64,000 nt of DNA from positions 366,195 to 430,194 of the forward strand of contig CBDESZ010000004.1 of NCBI GenBank assembly GCA_965242725.1, written 5' to 3'. Source of the stretch: Alkalispirochaeta sp. (GTDB lineage Bacteria; Spirochaetota; Spirochaetia; DSM-27196; Alkalispirochaetaceae). A model generated the notes under the pieces. It was given only the letters and a program-made list of their open reading frames with translations, did no database searches and had not been told where the DNA came from. The position numbers were made by a program, and so were the translations under genes. Positions within the stretch are counted from its first letter, which is position 1, and every line of letters begins with the position of its first letter. This document shows positions 17,914-28,131 of this stretch, piece by piece.

Positions 17914-20516
17914 TCAGGTCAACAGGGGATCGGTGAGCACCTCGACCAGCACCGGGCCGTCGGCGGCGAAGGCGCGCGCGAACGCGGCGGGCAGGTCGTC
18001 GGGGTCGTCGACGCGGATGCCGAGGCCGCCGCAGAGCTCGGCATACTCGGCGAAGTTGGGGTTTTGCAAGCTGGTCTGCCAGACCTGCCATTCGCCGTCG
18101 CGCTGTTCCTTGGAGATCTTGCCGAGTTCGCCGTTGTGCAACAGCACGTGGACGATGTTCATGCCGTACTTCACGGCGGTGGTGAACTCGGCGAGGTATT
18201 GGCCGAAACCGCCGTCGCCGCTGACGGAGACGACGCGGCGGTCGGCGCCGACGGCGGCCCAGGCGCCCATGGCGGCGGGGAAGCCGAAGCCGATGGAGCC
18301 GAGGTAGCCGGACATGAGCACGGTCTGGCCGGCGCACTCAAAGTAGCGGCCGAAGGAGTAAGTGTTGTTGCGACGTCGACGCTGATCACGGCGTCGTCGG
18401 GGATGGCCTCGGCGAGGTGCTGGAACAGGATGGCCGAGTTGATGCCGGCGCCGTTGTCCTGGGCCTGGCGGGTGGCCTTTTCGGCGCGCCAGTCGGCCCA
18501 CAGAGCGGCGACAGCCGAGCGCTGGTCGGCGCAGGCGCGGTCGGCCGGCAAGCGGTCGCGCATGAGGGCGGCGGTGACGGCGATGTCGCCCCACACGGCC
18601 TCGTCGACGGCGTGGAACTTGCCGAGAGCCATACGGTCGAAGTCGACCTGGATGGTCGGTTTGCGAGCGTCGATGCCGGTGTGGTTGGAGAACGAGGCGC
18701 CGAAGACTATGAGCAGGTCGGCGTCGTTCATCAGGGTGCTGGCGACGGGGGTGCCGCTGCGGCCGAGCACACCGCCGCCTAAGGGGTGGGCGTCGCCAAT
18801 TTGGCCCTTGGCCTTAAAGGTGGTGATGACCGGGGCGGCCAGGGCCTCGGCCAGTTGCACGACCTCGGCCATGCCGTCGCGGGCGCCGTAACCAACGATG
18901 ATCAGCGGCCGCTTGGCGCGGGCGACACGATACATGGCCATGTCGACGGCGCCGGCCGGCGGGGTGATGGCGTGGGCGGCGACGCGGCCCTCGCGCCGGC
19001 CGGGGCCGGCCTCGCCGGCGTCGAGGACCTGGACCTCGTCGGGCAGGATGAGGTGGGCGACGTCGCGTTGGATGATCGCCGTCTTCAGGGCCAGGGAGGT
19101 GAGCTCGGCACCGTCGCTGTCGTGGAGGACGGTTTGGCTGAAGCTGGCGACGGCCTCGAACGCCGATGCCAGGTCGATTTCCTGGAAGGCGCCGGGACCC
19201 ATGACCTGGGTGTTGACCTGGCCGGTCAAGGCGAGGACGGGCGCGCGGTCGACCTTGGCGTCCCACAAGCCGGTCAGCAGATTGGTGGCGCCGGGGCCGG
19301 CGATGGACAGGCAGGCGGCGGGACGGCCGCTGGCCTTGGCGTAGCCGGCGCAGGCGAAGGCGGCGGCGGCCTCGTGGCGGATGCCGAAGAACCGCATGGC
19401 GCCGCGGGACTCCTGAATGCGCAGGGCCTCGGCCATGCCGAGGTTGGAATGGCCGACCATGCCGAACACGGTGTCGACGCCCCACTCGGCCATGGTCTCG
19501 GCGATGACGTGGCTCATGGTCCACTGGGAATGGGCGGGGTCGGGGGCGGCGATTTCGACCTGGCCGTCGACCTCGCGGACCTTGAGGGTGGTGGCGACGT
19601 CGTCGTTGCCGACGCCCTTGCCGGTCTTGAGGTTGAACTTGTAGCCATGCCACGGGCATTGCAGGGCACCATCGCTGACGCTGCCGTCGGCCAAGGGGCC
19701 GCCTTGGTGGGGACAACGGGCATCCATGGCGAACCAGGCGTCGCCGTCGCCGACCAAGGCGACCTGGCTGTTGCCGACGGTGACGAGATGGGGGCGGCCG
19801 GGCGGGAAATCGGCGGCGGCGCCAACGGCGATCCACTTTTCCTCGCCATCGTCGGCGCTGCGCGCGGCGGCGGAGATGGTGCGGCCCTCGTCATCGGCGA
19901 AGGCGGCGTACCAGTGGGTGCCGTCGCAGAACGGCTTGTTGCGGGACCGGCCGCAGCGGCACAGGGCGTAGTGCTCGGTGCCGACGCCCTCGCCGAACTC
20001 GGCACCGTCTAGTTCGATGCCGCCGCGCACCCAATAGGGGCCGTCGCGGGAAACGATGATGGCCGGGTCGCTGAAGTAGTCGGTGTGGACCGCGCCGTCG
20101 CGCTCGTAGGCCAAGGCGCCCGAGGGGCAGGCGTGGATGACGTCGACGGTGTCGGCCGCGGCGGCGCCGTCGGGGTCGATCCACGGCTCCATGGCGCGCC
20201 ATACGGACGGCAACCGGGCGGTGCAAAAACCGGCGTGGGCGCAGGTGCCCCGGTTGTCGCGGACGGTGATGTCGGCGCCGGCGTAGACGTCGAGCTGGTC
20301 GGGGACCCGGTCGTCCTGCTTGGCATCGGTGAAGCCGATGGAGACGTGGGTGCCGTCGCAGAACGGCTTGGTCTTGGAGGCGCCGCAGCGGCACAAGGCC
20401 ATGGTCTTCTTGGTGGCGATGGCCTCGCCGCGGGAGTTTCGGAAATCGGTGACCCCGGTGACCTTCAGGGGTCCGTCGTCGAGGGGTGTGATGGTCGGCT
20501 TCGCGTCCTCGGTCAT
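17914..20516 (-). CDS. CDGSH / divergent ferredoxin / CDGSH / Rieske / ThDP-dependent (pyruvate oxidase-like) fusion, frameshifted near 18371
   Basis: Two CRCG.S..KPFCDGTH motifs; CAHAGFC...CPSGAL; CPHQ...CPWHG; RHE; GPGATN; GDGGF...N motif in the frame of ORF 17914-18594. Adding one G restores VDVGNNTY. Confidence 0.85.
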
Positions 20517-20552
20517 AACTGCCCTTCCCAGCAGAACGACGTCACCCGAGGA

Positions 20553-21452
20553 TCACAATACCTCGCGCAGGACGATCCAGGCCATAGCGACGCCGATGAT
20601 GGCGAACAGGACGGCGATGACCTTCTCCATGGCGTGGCTGGAGATCTTGCCCTGAAGGCGGGGGCCGATCTGGCCGCCGATGATGACGCCGGGGATGGTG
20701 TACATGACCAGGTTCCAGGGCACCGCCGACAGGCCGCCCTCGGCGACCAGGGCGGATATCTGGGTGAAAGAGGCGGAGGCGACGACGACGATGACGACGA
20801 GCACCGACGTGGCGGCGGCGACGGGCACGGGGACGCGGTTACGCTTGACGAGCTGCGGCATCACGACCTCGCCAATGCCGACGGACAACATGCCGGTGAG
20901 GAAGGCGCCGAGGCCGGTGAACACGGCGCCGATGCCCTGGCGCGGCGCGACGTAAGTGTAGGTCTGGCCATCGCGGGCGGTGATGGAGCGGGTCGGCCGG
21001 GCATCGGCGGCGCCGACGGACAGGTTGGCCGGGGCGTCGTCGGCCGCGGGCTGCTCGTGGGGGGCGGTGTGGCGCAGCAGGATGACCGCAAGGACGAGCA
21101 TCAGCACGGCGTAGGCGCCCTTGAGCAGATTGGGCTCGGTGGCCTGGGCGAGGAGCGCGCCGACGATGCCGATGGGCACGCCGACGGCGATGAACTGGAC
21201 GGCGCCGCGGAAATCGATCAGGCGCTTGCGGTAGTAGCCGACGAAGCCGGAAGAAAAGCCGAAGGTCTCGGTCAACAGGGCGACGCCGATGGCGGCGACG
21301 GGGCTCGCCAGGGGATACTCGGGGCCAAGCAGCGGGAAGATGATCAGGAAGATGGGGGTGAACAGGGCGGCGCCGCCGATCCCGCTGAGCATCGCCATGG
21401 TGGCAACGCCCATGGACACCGGCAGCATGAACCAATAGAGGGTAAAGTCCAT
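20553..21452 (-). CDS. TauE/SafE family (sulfite exporter-like) membrane protein
   Basis: GIGGAALFTP, SVGIGE, about 8 TM helices, GGQIG. Confidence 0.85.
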   Translation of the reverse strand: MDFTLYWFMLPVSMGVATMAMLSGIGGAALFTPIFLIIFPLLGPEYPLASPVAAIGVALLTETFGFSSGFVGYYRKRLIDFRGAVQFIAVGVPIGIVGALLAQATEPNLLKGAYAVLMLVLAVILLRHTAPHEQPAADDAPANLSVGAADARPTRSITARDGQTYTYVAPRQGIGAVFTGLGAFLTGMLSVGIGEVVMPQLVKRNRVPVPVAAATSVLVVIVVVASASFTQISALVAEGGLSAVPWNLVMYTIPGVIIGGQIGPRLQGKISSHAMEKVIAVLFAIIGVAMAWIVLREVL

Positions 21453-21582
21453 GGCGCTGAACGAACTCCGCGTGCTTGACTCGTGACCGTACTGGCTGGC
21501 CGAAGCGCGCTCAACGCGGCCGGCGACAAATCTGGCGGGCCGGCTCTCACTTTGTTGTGTATGGCGTTAGGTTTTTCCGACG

Positions 21583-22833
21583 ATGACAATTTCGATGCAA
21601 GTTGCTGAAAACGTTGATGAAAGCCGGCTGTGGCAGCGCCACGTCGAGATGGCGGCGCACGGCGCGCGGGCGGACGGCGGGGTCGACCGCCAGGCGCTAT
21701 CGGCGGCCGACATCGCGGCGCGGCGGCAGCTGATCGCCTGGGCGACGGACCTGGAGCTGACCTGCCTGCACGATGCCATCGGCAACCTGTACGTGCGGCT
21801 GGAGGGCCAGGACCCGGGCGCGGCGCCGGTGATGACGGGCAGCCACCTGGACAGTCAGCCGACGGGGGGCAAGTACGACGGCACCTATGGCGTGCTGGCG
21901 GGGCTGGAGGCGCTGCAGGCGATCCAGGCGACGGGGCGGACGCCGGCGCGGCCGATCGAAGCGGTGGCGTGGACCAACGAAGAAGGCAGCCGGTTCCTGC
22001 CGGGCTGCATGGGGTCCGGGGTGATGACCGGGGCGCTGGCGCTGGACGACGTGCTGAAGGCGGAGGACTGGGACGGGGTCGCCGTGGCCGACGCGCTGCG
22101 CGAGACGCTGGCGGCGGTACCGGCGCTGGCGACGCGGGAGGCGCGGACGCCGGTGGCCTACGTCGAGGCGCACATCGAACAAGGGCCGGTGCTGGAAGGC
22201 GCCGGCTGCACCATCGGGGCGGTGACGGGGATCCAAGGCAACCAGCGGTATCGGGTGCAGGTGACCGGGGCGGAGGCGCATTCGGGGACGACGCCGCGGG
22301 CGGCGCGGCAAGACGCGGTGGCGGCGGCGGCGGCGATGGTAACGGCGCTGTACGAGGCGACGGCGGACGACGGCGACGTGGCGCGGTTTACGGTGGGGCG
22401 GTTCGATGTCAGCCCCGGGGCGGTGAACACGGTGGCCGGGACGGTGACGTTCACGATCGACTTGCGGCATCCGGAGGCCGCGGCGCTGGCCGAACTGGCG
22501 GCGGTGATCGCGCCGACCTGCGAGCGCTTGGCGGGGCGCTGTGCGGTGACCGTCGAGAAGGCATCGGACACGGCGCCGGTGGCATTCGACGGCGACATGG
22601 TGGCGATGGTGGAACGCCACGCGGCGGCGTTGAACCTGCCGACCATGGCGCTGCCGTCGGGCGCCGGGCATGACGCGATCCACCTGGCCGGCGTGTGTCC
22701 GACGGCGATGGTGTTCGTGCCGTGCGCCGGCGGCGTCAGCCACAACCCGGCCGAGAGCGCGACGCCGGGCGACTTGGCGGCGGGCACGCGGGTGCTCGCC
22801 GCGTGCCTGGCGGAGTTAGCGGGTTTGGAGTAA
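21583..22833 (+). CDS. M20 Zn-dependent amidohydrolase (allantoate amidohydrolase/beta-ureidopropionase-like)
   Basis: GSHLDS, GGKYDG, NEEGSRF, EAHIEQGP, SGAGHDA, SHNPAE. Confidence 0.92.
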   Translation: MTISMQVAENVDESRLWQRHVEMAAHGARADGGVDRQALSAADIAARRQLIAWATDLELTCLHDAIGNLYVRLEGQDPGAAPVMTGSHLDSQPTGGKYDGTYGVLAGLEALQAIQATGRTPARPIEAVAWTNEEGSRFLPGCMGSGVMTGALALDDVLKAEDWDGVAVADALRETLAAVPALATREARTPVAYVEAHIEQGPVLEGAGCTIGAVTGIQGNQRYRVQVTGAEAHSGTTPRAARQDAVAAAAAMVTALYEATADDGDVARFTVGRFDVSPGAVNTVAGTVTFTIDLRHPEAAALAELAAVIAPTCERLAGRCAVTVEKASDTAPVAFDGDMVAMVERHAAALNLPTMALPSGAGHDAIHLAGVCPTAMVFVPCAGGVSHNPAESATPGDLAAGTRVLAACLAELAGLE

Positions 22834-22856
22834 ACGGCGCACGGAACCGGGCGGGT

Positions 22857-22995
22857 GGTGCATCGCGCTGCGCTTGATGCACCCTACGCGGGTACTCGTG
22901 GTTGGTGGTGTGTCTGGTGCATCGCGCTTTTGCTCGATGCACCCTACCCTGTCGTTTGTGGTGGATGGGTGCATCGCGCTTTTGCTCGATGCACC
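22857..22995. repeat. Three tandem REP-like palindromes
   Basis: GGTGCATCGCGCT..GCT(T/C)GATGCACC at 22857, 22916 and 22968; copies 1 and 2 end in CCTAC (GTAG on the minus strand); lies between convergent genes. Confidence 0.8.
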
Positions 22996-23002
22996 TCTCG
23001 GG

Positions 23003-24439
23003 TTAAGGGGCGACGTAGGCTGTCTTGACCGTGGTGTAGAACTCGACCGCGTAGCGGCCTTGTTCGCGGCTGCCGTAGCTGGAGCCCTTTCGGCCGCCGA
23101 AGGGGACGTGGTAGTCGACGCCGGCGGTCGGCAGGTTGACCATGACCATGCCGGAGGCGGCGTTGGCCTTGTAGTGGCTGGCGTGCTTTAGGGACGTGGT
23201 GCAGATGCCCGACGACAGGCCGAAGTCGGTGTCGTTGGCGACGGCCACGGCCTCGTCGTAGTCCTTGACCTTGATGACGCTGGCGACGGGGCCGAAGACC
23301 TCCTCGCGATTGATGCGCATGTCGTTGGTGGTGTCGGTGATCAACGCCGGCTGCATGTAGAAGCCGTCCTTGTCGCGTTCGAGGCGGTCGCCGCCGAAGG
23401 CCAAGGTGCCGCCGTCGCGCTGGGCGGTGTCGACGTAGGCCATGTTCTTGGCGAGCTGGTCGGCGTCGACGACGGGGCCGATCTGGGTGCCGTCGGCGAG
23501 GGCGTCGTCGATCTTGAGGTTCTGAATGCCGGAGACGACGGCGTCGACAAACTTGTCGTGGATGCCCGCAGTGACGATCAACCGCGACGAGGCGGTGCAG
23601 CGCTGGCCGGTGGAGAAGAACGCGCCGTTGACGGCACAGCTGACGGCGGTGTCGAGGTCGGCGTCGTCGAGAACCACGAGGGGGTTCTTGCCGCCCATTT
23701 CGAGCTGCACCTTGGCAAGGCGGGCGGCGCAGCGGGCGGCGACGTGGCTGCCGGTTTCGACGGAGCCGGTGAAGCTGACGCCGGCGATGTCGGTGCTGTC
23801 GAGAATGGCCTCGCCGACGACGCTGCCGCGGCCCATGACCAGGTTGAGGACGCCATCGGGCAAGCCGGCGCGCTTGACGATATCGACCAGGGCCCAGGCG
23901 GAGCCGGGAGCGAGGCCGGCGGGCTTAAACACCACGGCGTTGCCGTAGGCGAGCGCGGGGGCGATTTTCCAGGCCGGGATGGCGATGGGGAAATTCCACG
24001 GGGTGATGATGCCGACGACGCCGAGGGGCTCGCGGGTCATTTCGACTTCGACGCCGGGGCGGACGGAGGCGATCTTTTCGCCGGGGATGCGCAGGGCCTC
24101 GCCGGCGAAGAACTTGAACACCATGCCGGCGCGGACGACCTCGCCGATGCCCTCGGGCAGGGTCTTGCCCTCCTCGCGGGACAACAGGCGGCCGAGTTCG
24201 TCCTTGCGGGCGAGGATTTCGGTGCCGGCGGCGTCGAGGACGTCGAAGCGCTGTTGCGGGGTCGACGCGGCCCAGCCGGGCGCGGCGGCCTTGGCGGCGC
24301 CAATGGCGGCGGCGACACCGGCGGTGTCGGCCTGGGCATACTCGCCGACGATGTCGCTGACGTCGGACGGGTTAACGTTGGCGGCGGCGGCGCCTTGGTC
24401 TTGCCACTCGCCACCGATGAGGTTCGCGTGCACGCTCAT
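23003..24439 (-). CDS. Aldehyde dehydrogenase (alpha-ketoglutaric semialdehyde dehydrogenase-like)
   Basis: ITPWNFP, FTGS, LEMGGKNP, GQRCTA, EEVFGPV, PFGGRK. Confidence 0.9.
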   Translation of the reverse strand: MSVHANLIGGEWQDQGAAAANVNPSDVSDIVGEYAQADTAGVAAAIGAAKAAAPGWAASTPQQRFDVLDAAGTEILARKDELGRLLSREEGKTLPEGIGEVVRAGMVFKFFAGEALRIPGEKIASVRPGVEVEMTREPLGVVGIITPWNFPIAIPAWKIAPALAYGNAVVFKPAGLAPGSAWALVDIVKRAGLPDGVLNLVMGRGSVVGEAILDSTDIAGVSFTGSVETGSHVAARCAARLAKVQLEMGGKNPLVVLDDADLDTAVSCAVNGAFFSTGQRCTASSRLIVTAGIHDKFVDAVVSGIQNLKIDDALADGTQIGPVVDADQLAKNMAYVDTAQRDGGTLAFGGDRLERDKDGFYMQPALITDTTNDMRINREEVFGPVASVIKVKDYDEAVAVANDTDFGLSSGICTTSLKHASHYKANAASGMVMVNLPTAGVDYHVPFGGRKGSSYGSREQGRYAVEFYTTVKTAYVAP

Positions 24440-24457
24440 GTCTCTCAATCCTCGGTA

Positions 24458-25087
24458 TTAGGTTAACGGCAGCATGACCAGGTCGCGGAACGGCGCGCGT
24501 TCCGCCAAGCGGTCCTGCCAAGCACGGACGTTGGGGACGTCGTCGGGATGGTCGACGCCATCGAGACGCAAGAAGTGGTCGACGGCGACGCCGATGGGAA
24601 TGTCGCCGACGGTGAGACGGTCGCCGGCGACGTAGTCGCGGCCGGCGAGGTAGCCGTCGAGAATGCGGGTGAGATCACCGGTGGCGCTGGCGCTGGCGGC
24701 GATCTGGGCCGGGTCCTGCTGGTCCGGCGGGGTGCGCAGGACGCCCCAGAAGGCGTTGAAGAAAGCCGGCCAGTAGGTGTTGGTCTGCCAATCCATCCAG
24801 CGTTCGGCGTCGGCGCGGACCTGGAGGTCGGTGGGGTACAGGCCGCCGGTGTCGTGCTTGGCGGCGAGGTAGCGGACGATGGAATTGGCCTCCCACAACA
24901 CAAAGCCGTCGTCGTCGATCACCGGGATCAGGGCATTGGGGTTCATGGCGCGGTACTCGGCTGTGTCGAGGCCGCCGAAGGGCCCGCCGGCGTCGACGCG
25001 GTCGACCGCCAGACCGAGTTCGGCGGCGCACCAGAGCACCTTCTGAACGTTGTTGGAATTATTGCGTCCCCAAACCTTGAGTGCCAT
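24458..25087 (-). CDS. Glutathione S-transferase family protein
   Basis: WGR.NS.NVQKVLW, NPNALIP, LWEANSI, ERWMDWQ. Confidence 0.9.
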   Translation of the reverse strand: MALKVWGRNNSNNVQKVLWCAAELGLAVDRVDAGGPFGGLDTAEYRAMNPNALIPVIDDDGFVLWEANSIVRYLAAKHDTGGLYPTDLQVRADAERWMDWQTNTYWPAFFNAFWGVLRTPPDQQDPAQIAASASATGDLTRILDGYLAGRDYVAGDRLTVGDIPIGVAVDHFLRLDGVDHPDDVPNVRAWQDRLAERAPFRDLVMLPLT

Positions 25088-25111
25088 CCGAGTACCTCTT
25101 GAAAAAACAGG

Positions 25112-26416
25112 TTATGGCGCGCCGATGAAGATGGCGCGGAAGTCGTTGACGTTGGTGTGTGTTGGGCCGGTGACGACAAGGTCGTCCAAGGCGGAAAAGA
25201 AAGCAAGGACGTCATTGTCGGCGAGCAGCGCGCGGGCATCGAGGCCCTTGGCGCGGGCGCGGGCCAGGCTGTCCGGCGCGACGATGACACCCGCGTTATC
25301 GCCGGCGCCGTCGATGCCGTCGGTGTCGGCGGCGATGGCGTAAACGTCGGGCCGGCCGGCGAGTTCGACGGCAAGGCCGAGGGCAAACTCGCTATTGCGG
25401 CCGCCGACGCCGGTGCCGGTGACGGTCACAGTGGTCTCGCCGCCGGAGAGGATGACGGCCGGGGACGCGACCGGCAGGGCGTTGAGGGCAACGGAGGCGG
25501 CGATGCCGGCGAGACCGCGGCCGAGCTCGCGGGCCTCGCCCTCCAACGCGTCGCCGAGGATCAGCGGCGTAACGCCGTGGCCGGTGGCGACCCCGGCGGC
25601 GGCCTTGAGGGAGGCGAGCGGCGCGGCAACCAGTTGGAACGTGGCGTTGGGCAGGCTGCCGGGCTTGGGCGTCTCGTCATTGCGGTCGAGGTGGCGGGCG
25701 ACGGCCGGCGGCGGCGTCAGATCGTAGCGCGCCAGGACCGCGCGGGCGTCGGCGACGGTCGTCGGGTCGGGCACCGTGGGGCCGGAGGCGATGACCGAGG
25801 GGTCGTCGCCGGGGACGTCGGAAATGGCCAGGGTGACGACGCGGGCCGGCGCCGCAGCAGCGGCGAGGCGGCCGCCCTTGACCGCCGACAAGTGCTTCCG
25901 GACGCAGTTCATTTCGTCGATGGTGGCGCCGCTGCGCAGCAGGCTGTCGGTCAGGGCCTGCTTATCGGCGAAGTCGATGCCTTGGGCCGGCGCGGTCAGC
26001 AAGGCGCTGCCGCCGCCGGAGATCAAGCAGAGGACGAGGTCGTCGGCGCCGAGGCCGGCGACCATGTCGACGATGCGGGCGGTGGCGTCGAGGCCGGCCT
26101 GGTCGGGCACCGGGTGGGCCGCCTCGACGACGGCGATGTTGTCGCACGGGACGGCGTGGCCGTAGCGGGTAATGACGAGACCGGTGTAGTTGGCGGTGGG
26201 CGCTGTCTGCCGCCAGTGGTCCTCGACGGCGCGGGCCATGGTGGCGGCGGCCTTGCCGGCGCCGACGACGACGGTGCGGCCGGCGGCCGACGGGGCCGGC
26301 AGATGGGGCGGGACACAGCGCGCCGGCTGGGCGGCGGCGACGGCGGCGTCGAACATCTCCCGAAGAAGTTCCCTGGGGTCGGGATGGGCCACGGATGGGC
26401 TGCTATCTATCGCCAC
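25112..26416 (-). CDS. Glycerate 2-kinase (TtuD/MOFRL family)
   Basis: GAGKAA, ISGGGS, VKGGRL, SGGETTV, GGRNSE, TGPTHTNVNDFR. Confidence 0.92.
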   Translation of the reverse strand: MAIDSSPSVAHPDPRELLREMFDAAVAAAQPARCVPPHLPAPSAAGRTVVVGAGKAAATMARAVEDHWRQTAPTANYTGLVITRYGHAVPCDNIAVVEAAHPVPDQAGLDATARIVDMVAGLGADDLVLCLISGGGSALLTAPAQGIDFADKQALTDSLLRSGATIDEMNCVRKHLSAVKGGRLAAAAAPARVVTLAISDVPGDDPSVIASGPTVPDPTTVADARAVLARYDLTPPPAVARHLDRNDETPKPGSLPNATFQLVAAPLASLKAAAGVATGHGVTPLILGDALEGEARELGRGLAGIAASVALNALPVASPAVILSGGETTVTVTGTGVGGRNSEFALGLAVELAGRPDVYAIAADTDGIDGAGDNAGVIVAPDSLARARAKGLDARALLADNDVLAFFSALDDLVVTGPTHTNVNDFRAIFIGAP

Positions 26417-27041
26417 GTAGGCGGTTGATCTCGGTGACGAACGGAATCCCCTTGCCGGCGACTTGGGCCGGGGTGTCGCCGGGGGCGTAGAGGGCGCCTC
26501 CGAGGCCGAAGCCAGAGGCCCCTACCTGCCAGTAGGATGCCATCTTGCCCGGGACGATGCCGCCAACGGCGAGGACGATGGCGTCCTTGGGCAGGACGGC
26601 GCGCATGGCCTTCAAGGCGGCGGGGGGCAGCATTTCGGCGGGGAACATCTTGAGGCCGTCGGCGCCGGCGGCCAGGGCGGCAAAGCCCTCGGTCGGGGTC
26701 GAGAAACCGGGCAGGCAGACCATGTTACGGCGCTTGGCCTCCTCGACGACGGCGGTGTCGGCGTGGGGCATGACGATGAGGGAGCCGCCGGCGTCCTGGA
26801 CGCGGCCGACGTCATCGACGGAGAGCACGGTGCCGGCGCCGACGAGGGCGCGGTCGGCGAAGTCCTCGGCGATGGCGGCGATGCTGACAAACGGGTCGGG
26901 CGAGTTGAGGGGCACCTCGACCATGGTGAAGCCGGCGCCGACGAGGACCTGGGTGACCGGCACGACGTCGGCCGGGGTGATGCCACGGAGTACGGCGACC
27001 AAGGGGCAGCCGGCCATGGCCTGGGCAAAGTCAATGGTCAT
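26403..27041 (-). CDS. dgoA: 2-dehydro-3-deoxy-6-phosphogalactonate aldolase
   Basis: VLRG, EVPLNSP, GAGTV, LKMFPAE, AVGG. Confidence 0.92.
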   Translation of the reverse strand: MTIDFAQAMAGCPLVAVLRGITPADVVPVTQVLVGAGFTMVEVPLNSPDPFVSIAAIAEDFADRALVGAGTVLSVDDVGRVQDAGGSLIVMPHADTAVVEEAKRRNMVCLPGFSTPTEGFAALAAGADGLKMFPAEMLPPAALKAMRAVLPKDAIVLAVGGIVPGKMASYWQVGASGFGLGGALYAPGDTPAQVAGKGIPFVTEINRLRGDR

Positions 27042-27050
27042 GGCGGGAAC

Positions 27051-28019
27051 CTATCGTATTCCGGCCAAGGCCGACAGGGCCCAAAGGCCGCGGGTGGCGG
27101 CGGCGTCGCCGGGGACGATGGTGGCGGTGAGGCCGATGCTGCCGAGGGCGCGGGCGTAGAGGTCGCAGAGGTTGGGCGAGCCGACCAGGGTCGCCATTTC
27201 GACACCGTCGGTGAGGTCGGCCATGCCGGCGACCTCGTGGCCGACGAGGATGCCCGACAGCAGCGACGGCAGGCTGGTGCCCAACTCGTCGCCGGACAGG
27301 GCCTGGGCGCGGACCGAGAAGATGTGGTGCAACAGGCCGCCGGGCTGGCGCGAGCGCGCGAGGCCGCGGGCAAAGGCGGCGTCGTCGGGGCCATGGCGCT
27401 CTGGCATCAGGCGGCCGAGGATGCTGTGGTGGGTGAGGACGTCGAAGACCTCCCCCGTCATCGTGGTGTGGAAGCGTTCGATGCGGTTGCCGCGGAGGAT
27501 GACCCACTTGCCGTGGGTGCCGGGCAGGACGATCAGGCGCGGGCCGCGGTCGGGGGTCTCCTCGGCCTCGTCGGCGAGGGCGGCGGCGCCGCAGATCTGG
27601 GTTTCCTCGCCACGGATGACGTCGAAGGTGCCCTGCTCCGAGGCGAAGCTGATGCCCGGGACGAGGGTGGCGACGCGGTCGGGGGCGACCTCGAGACGAA
27701 TGCAGGCCTGGGCGATTTCGTCGATGGTCGCGGGGCAGCGGACGTAGGGCGCCTCGACCCAGCCCTGGCGGCTGCCGATCATGCCGCACATGATGATGGG
27801 CGCATCGGGATAGGCGTCGAGCCAATCGCCGGCGAGTTCGGCGAAGGCGGCGGCGAATTTGCCGCCGACGACGTTCATGATACCGGTACGGGCGTTGCGC
27901 ACATCGGCGGCGGTGCCGGCGCCGTCGACCAGGTAAACGCGGCTGTTGGTGGTGCCCCAGTCAAGGGCGATAAGGCGAACGCTGTCCTTCGGTGCGGACG
28001 AAGGCGGGGGCATGGACAC
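27051..28019 (-). CDS. dgoK: 2-dehydro-3-deoxygalactonokinase
   Basis: DWGTT, GMIGSRQGW.EAPY, RGEETQ, PGTH.KW, MTGE. Confidence 0.92.
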   Translation of the reverse strand: MSMPPPSSAPKDSVRLIALDWGTTNSRVYLVDGAGTAADVRNARTGIMNVVGGKFAAAFAELAGDWLDAYPDAPIIMCGMIGSRQGWVEAPYVRCPATIDEIAQACIRLEVAPDRVATLVPGISFASEQGTFDVIRGEETQICGAAALADEAEETPDRGPRLIVLPGTHGKWVILRGNRIERFHTTMTGEVFDVLTHHSILGRLMPERHGPDDAAFARGLARSRQPGGLLHHIFSVRAQALSGDELGTSLPSLLSGILVGHEVAGMADLTDGVEMATLVGSPNLCDLYARALGSIGLTATIVPGDAAATRGLWALSALAGIR

Positions 28020-28131
28020 CCTCTTATTGTTGTTGGCGAGTTATGTGTTGTTGTTGTTTGCGACGGGGGTGCGCGACCATGGTAGCCGATTACCGCAATG
28101 GGTCATAACCCATTGTTGCCGACGCATCGGT

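Noticed and set aside
22857..22995. Mini-CRISPR array
   Set aside because: Only three imperfect repeats, short unequal spacers (28 and 20 bp), no cas genes or leader; the GTAG-hairpin form fits REP elements
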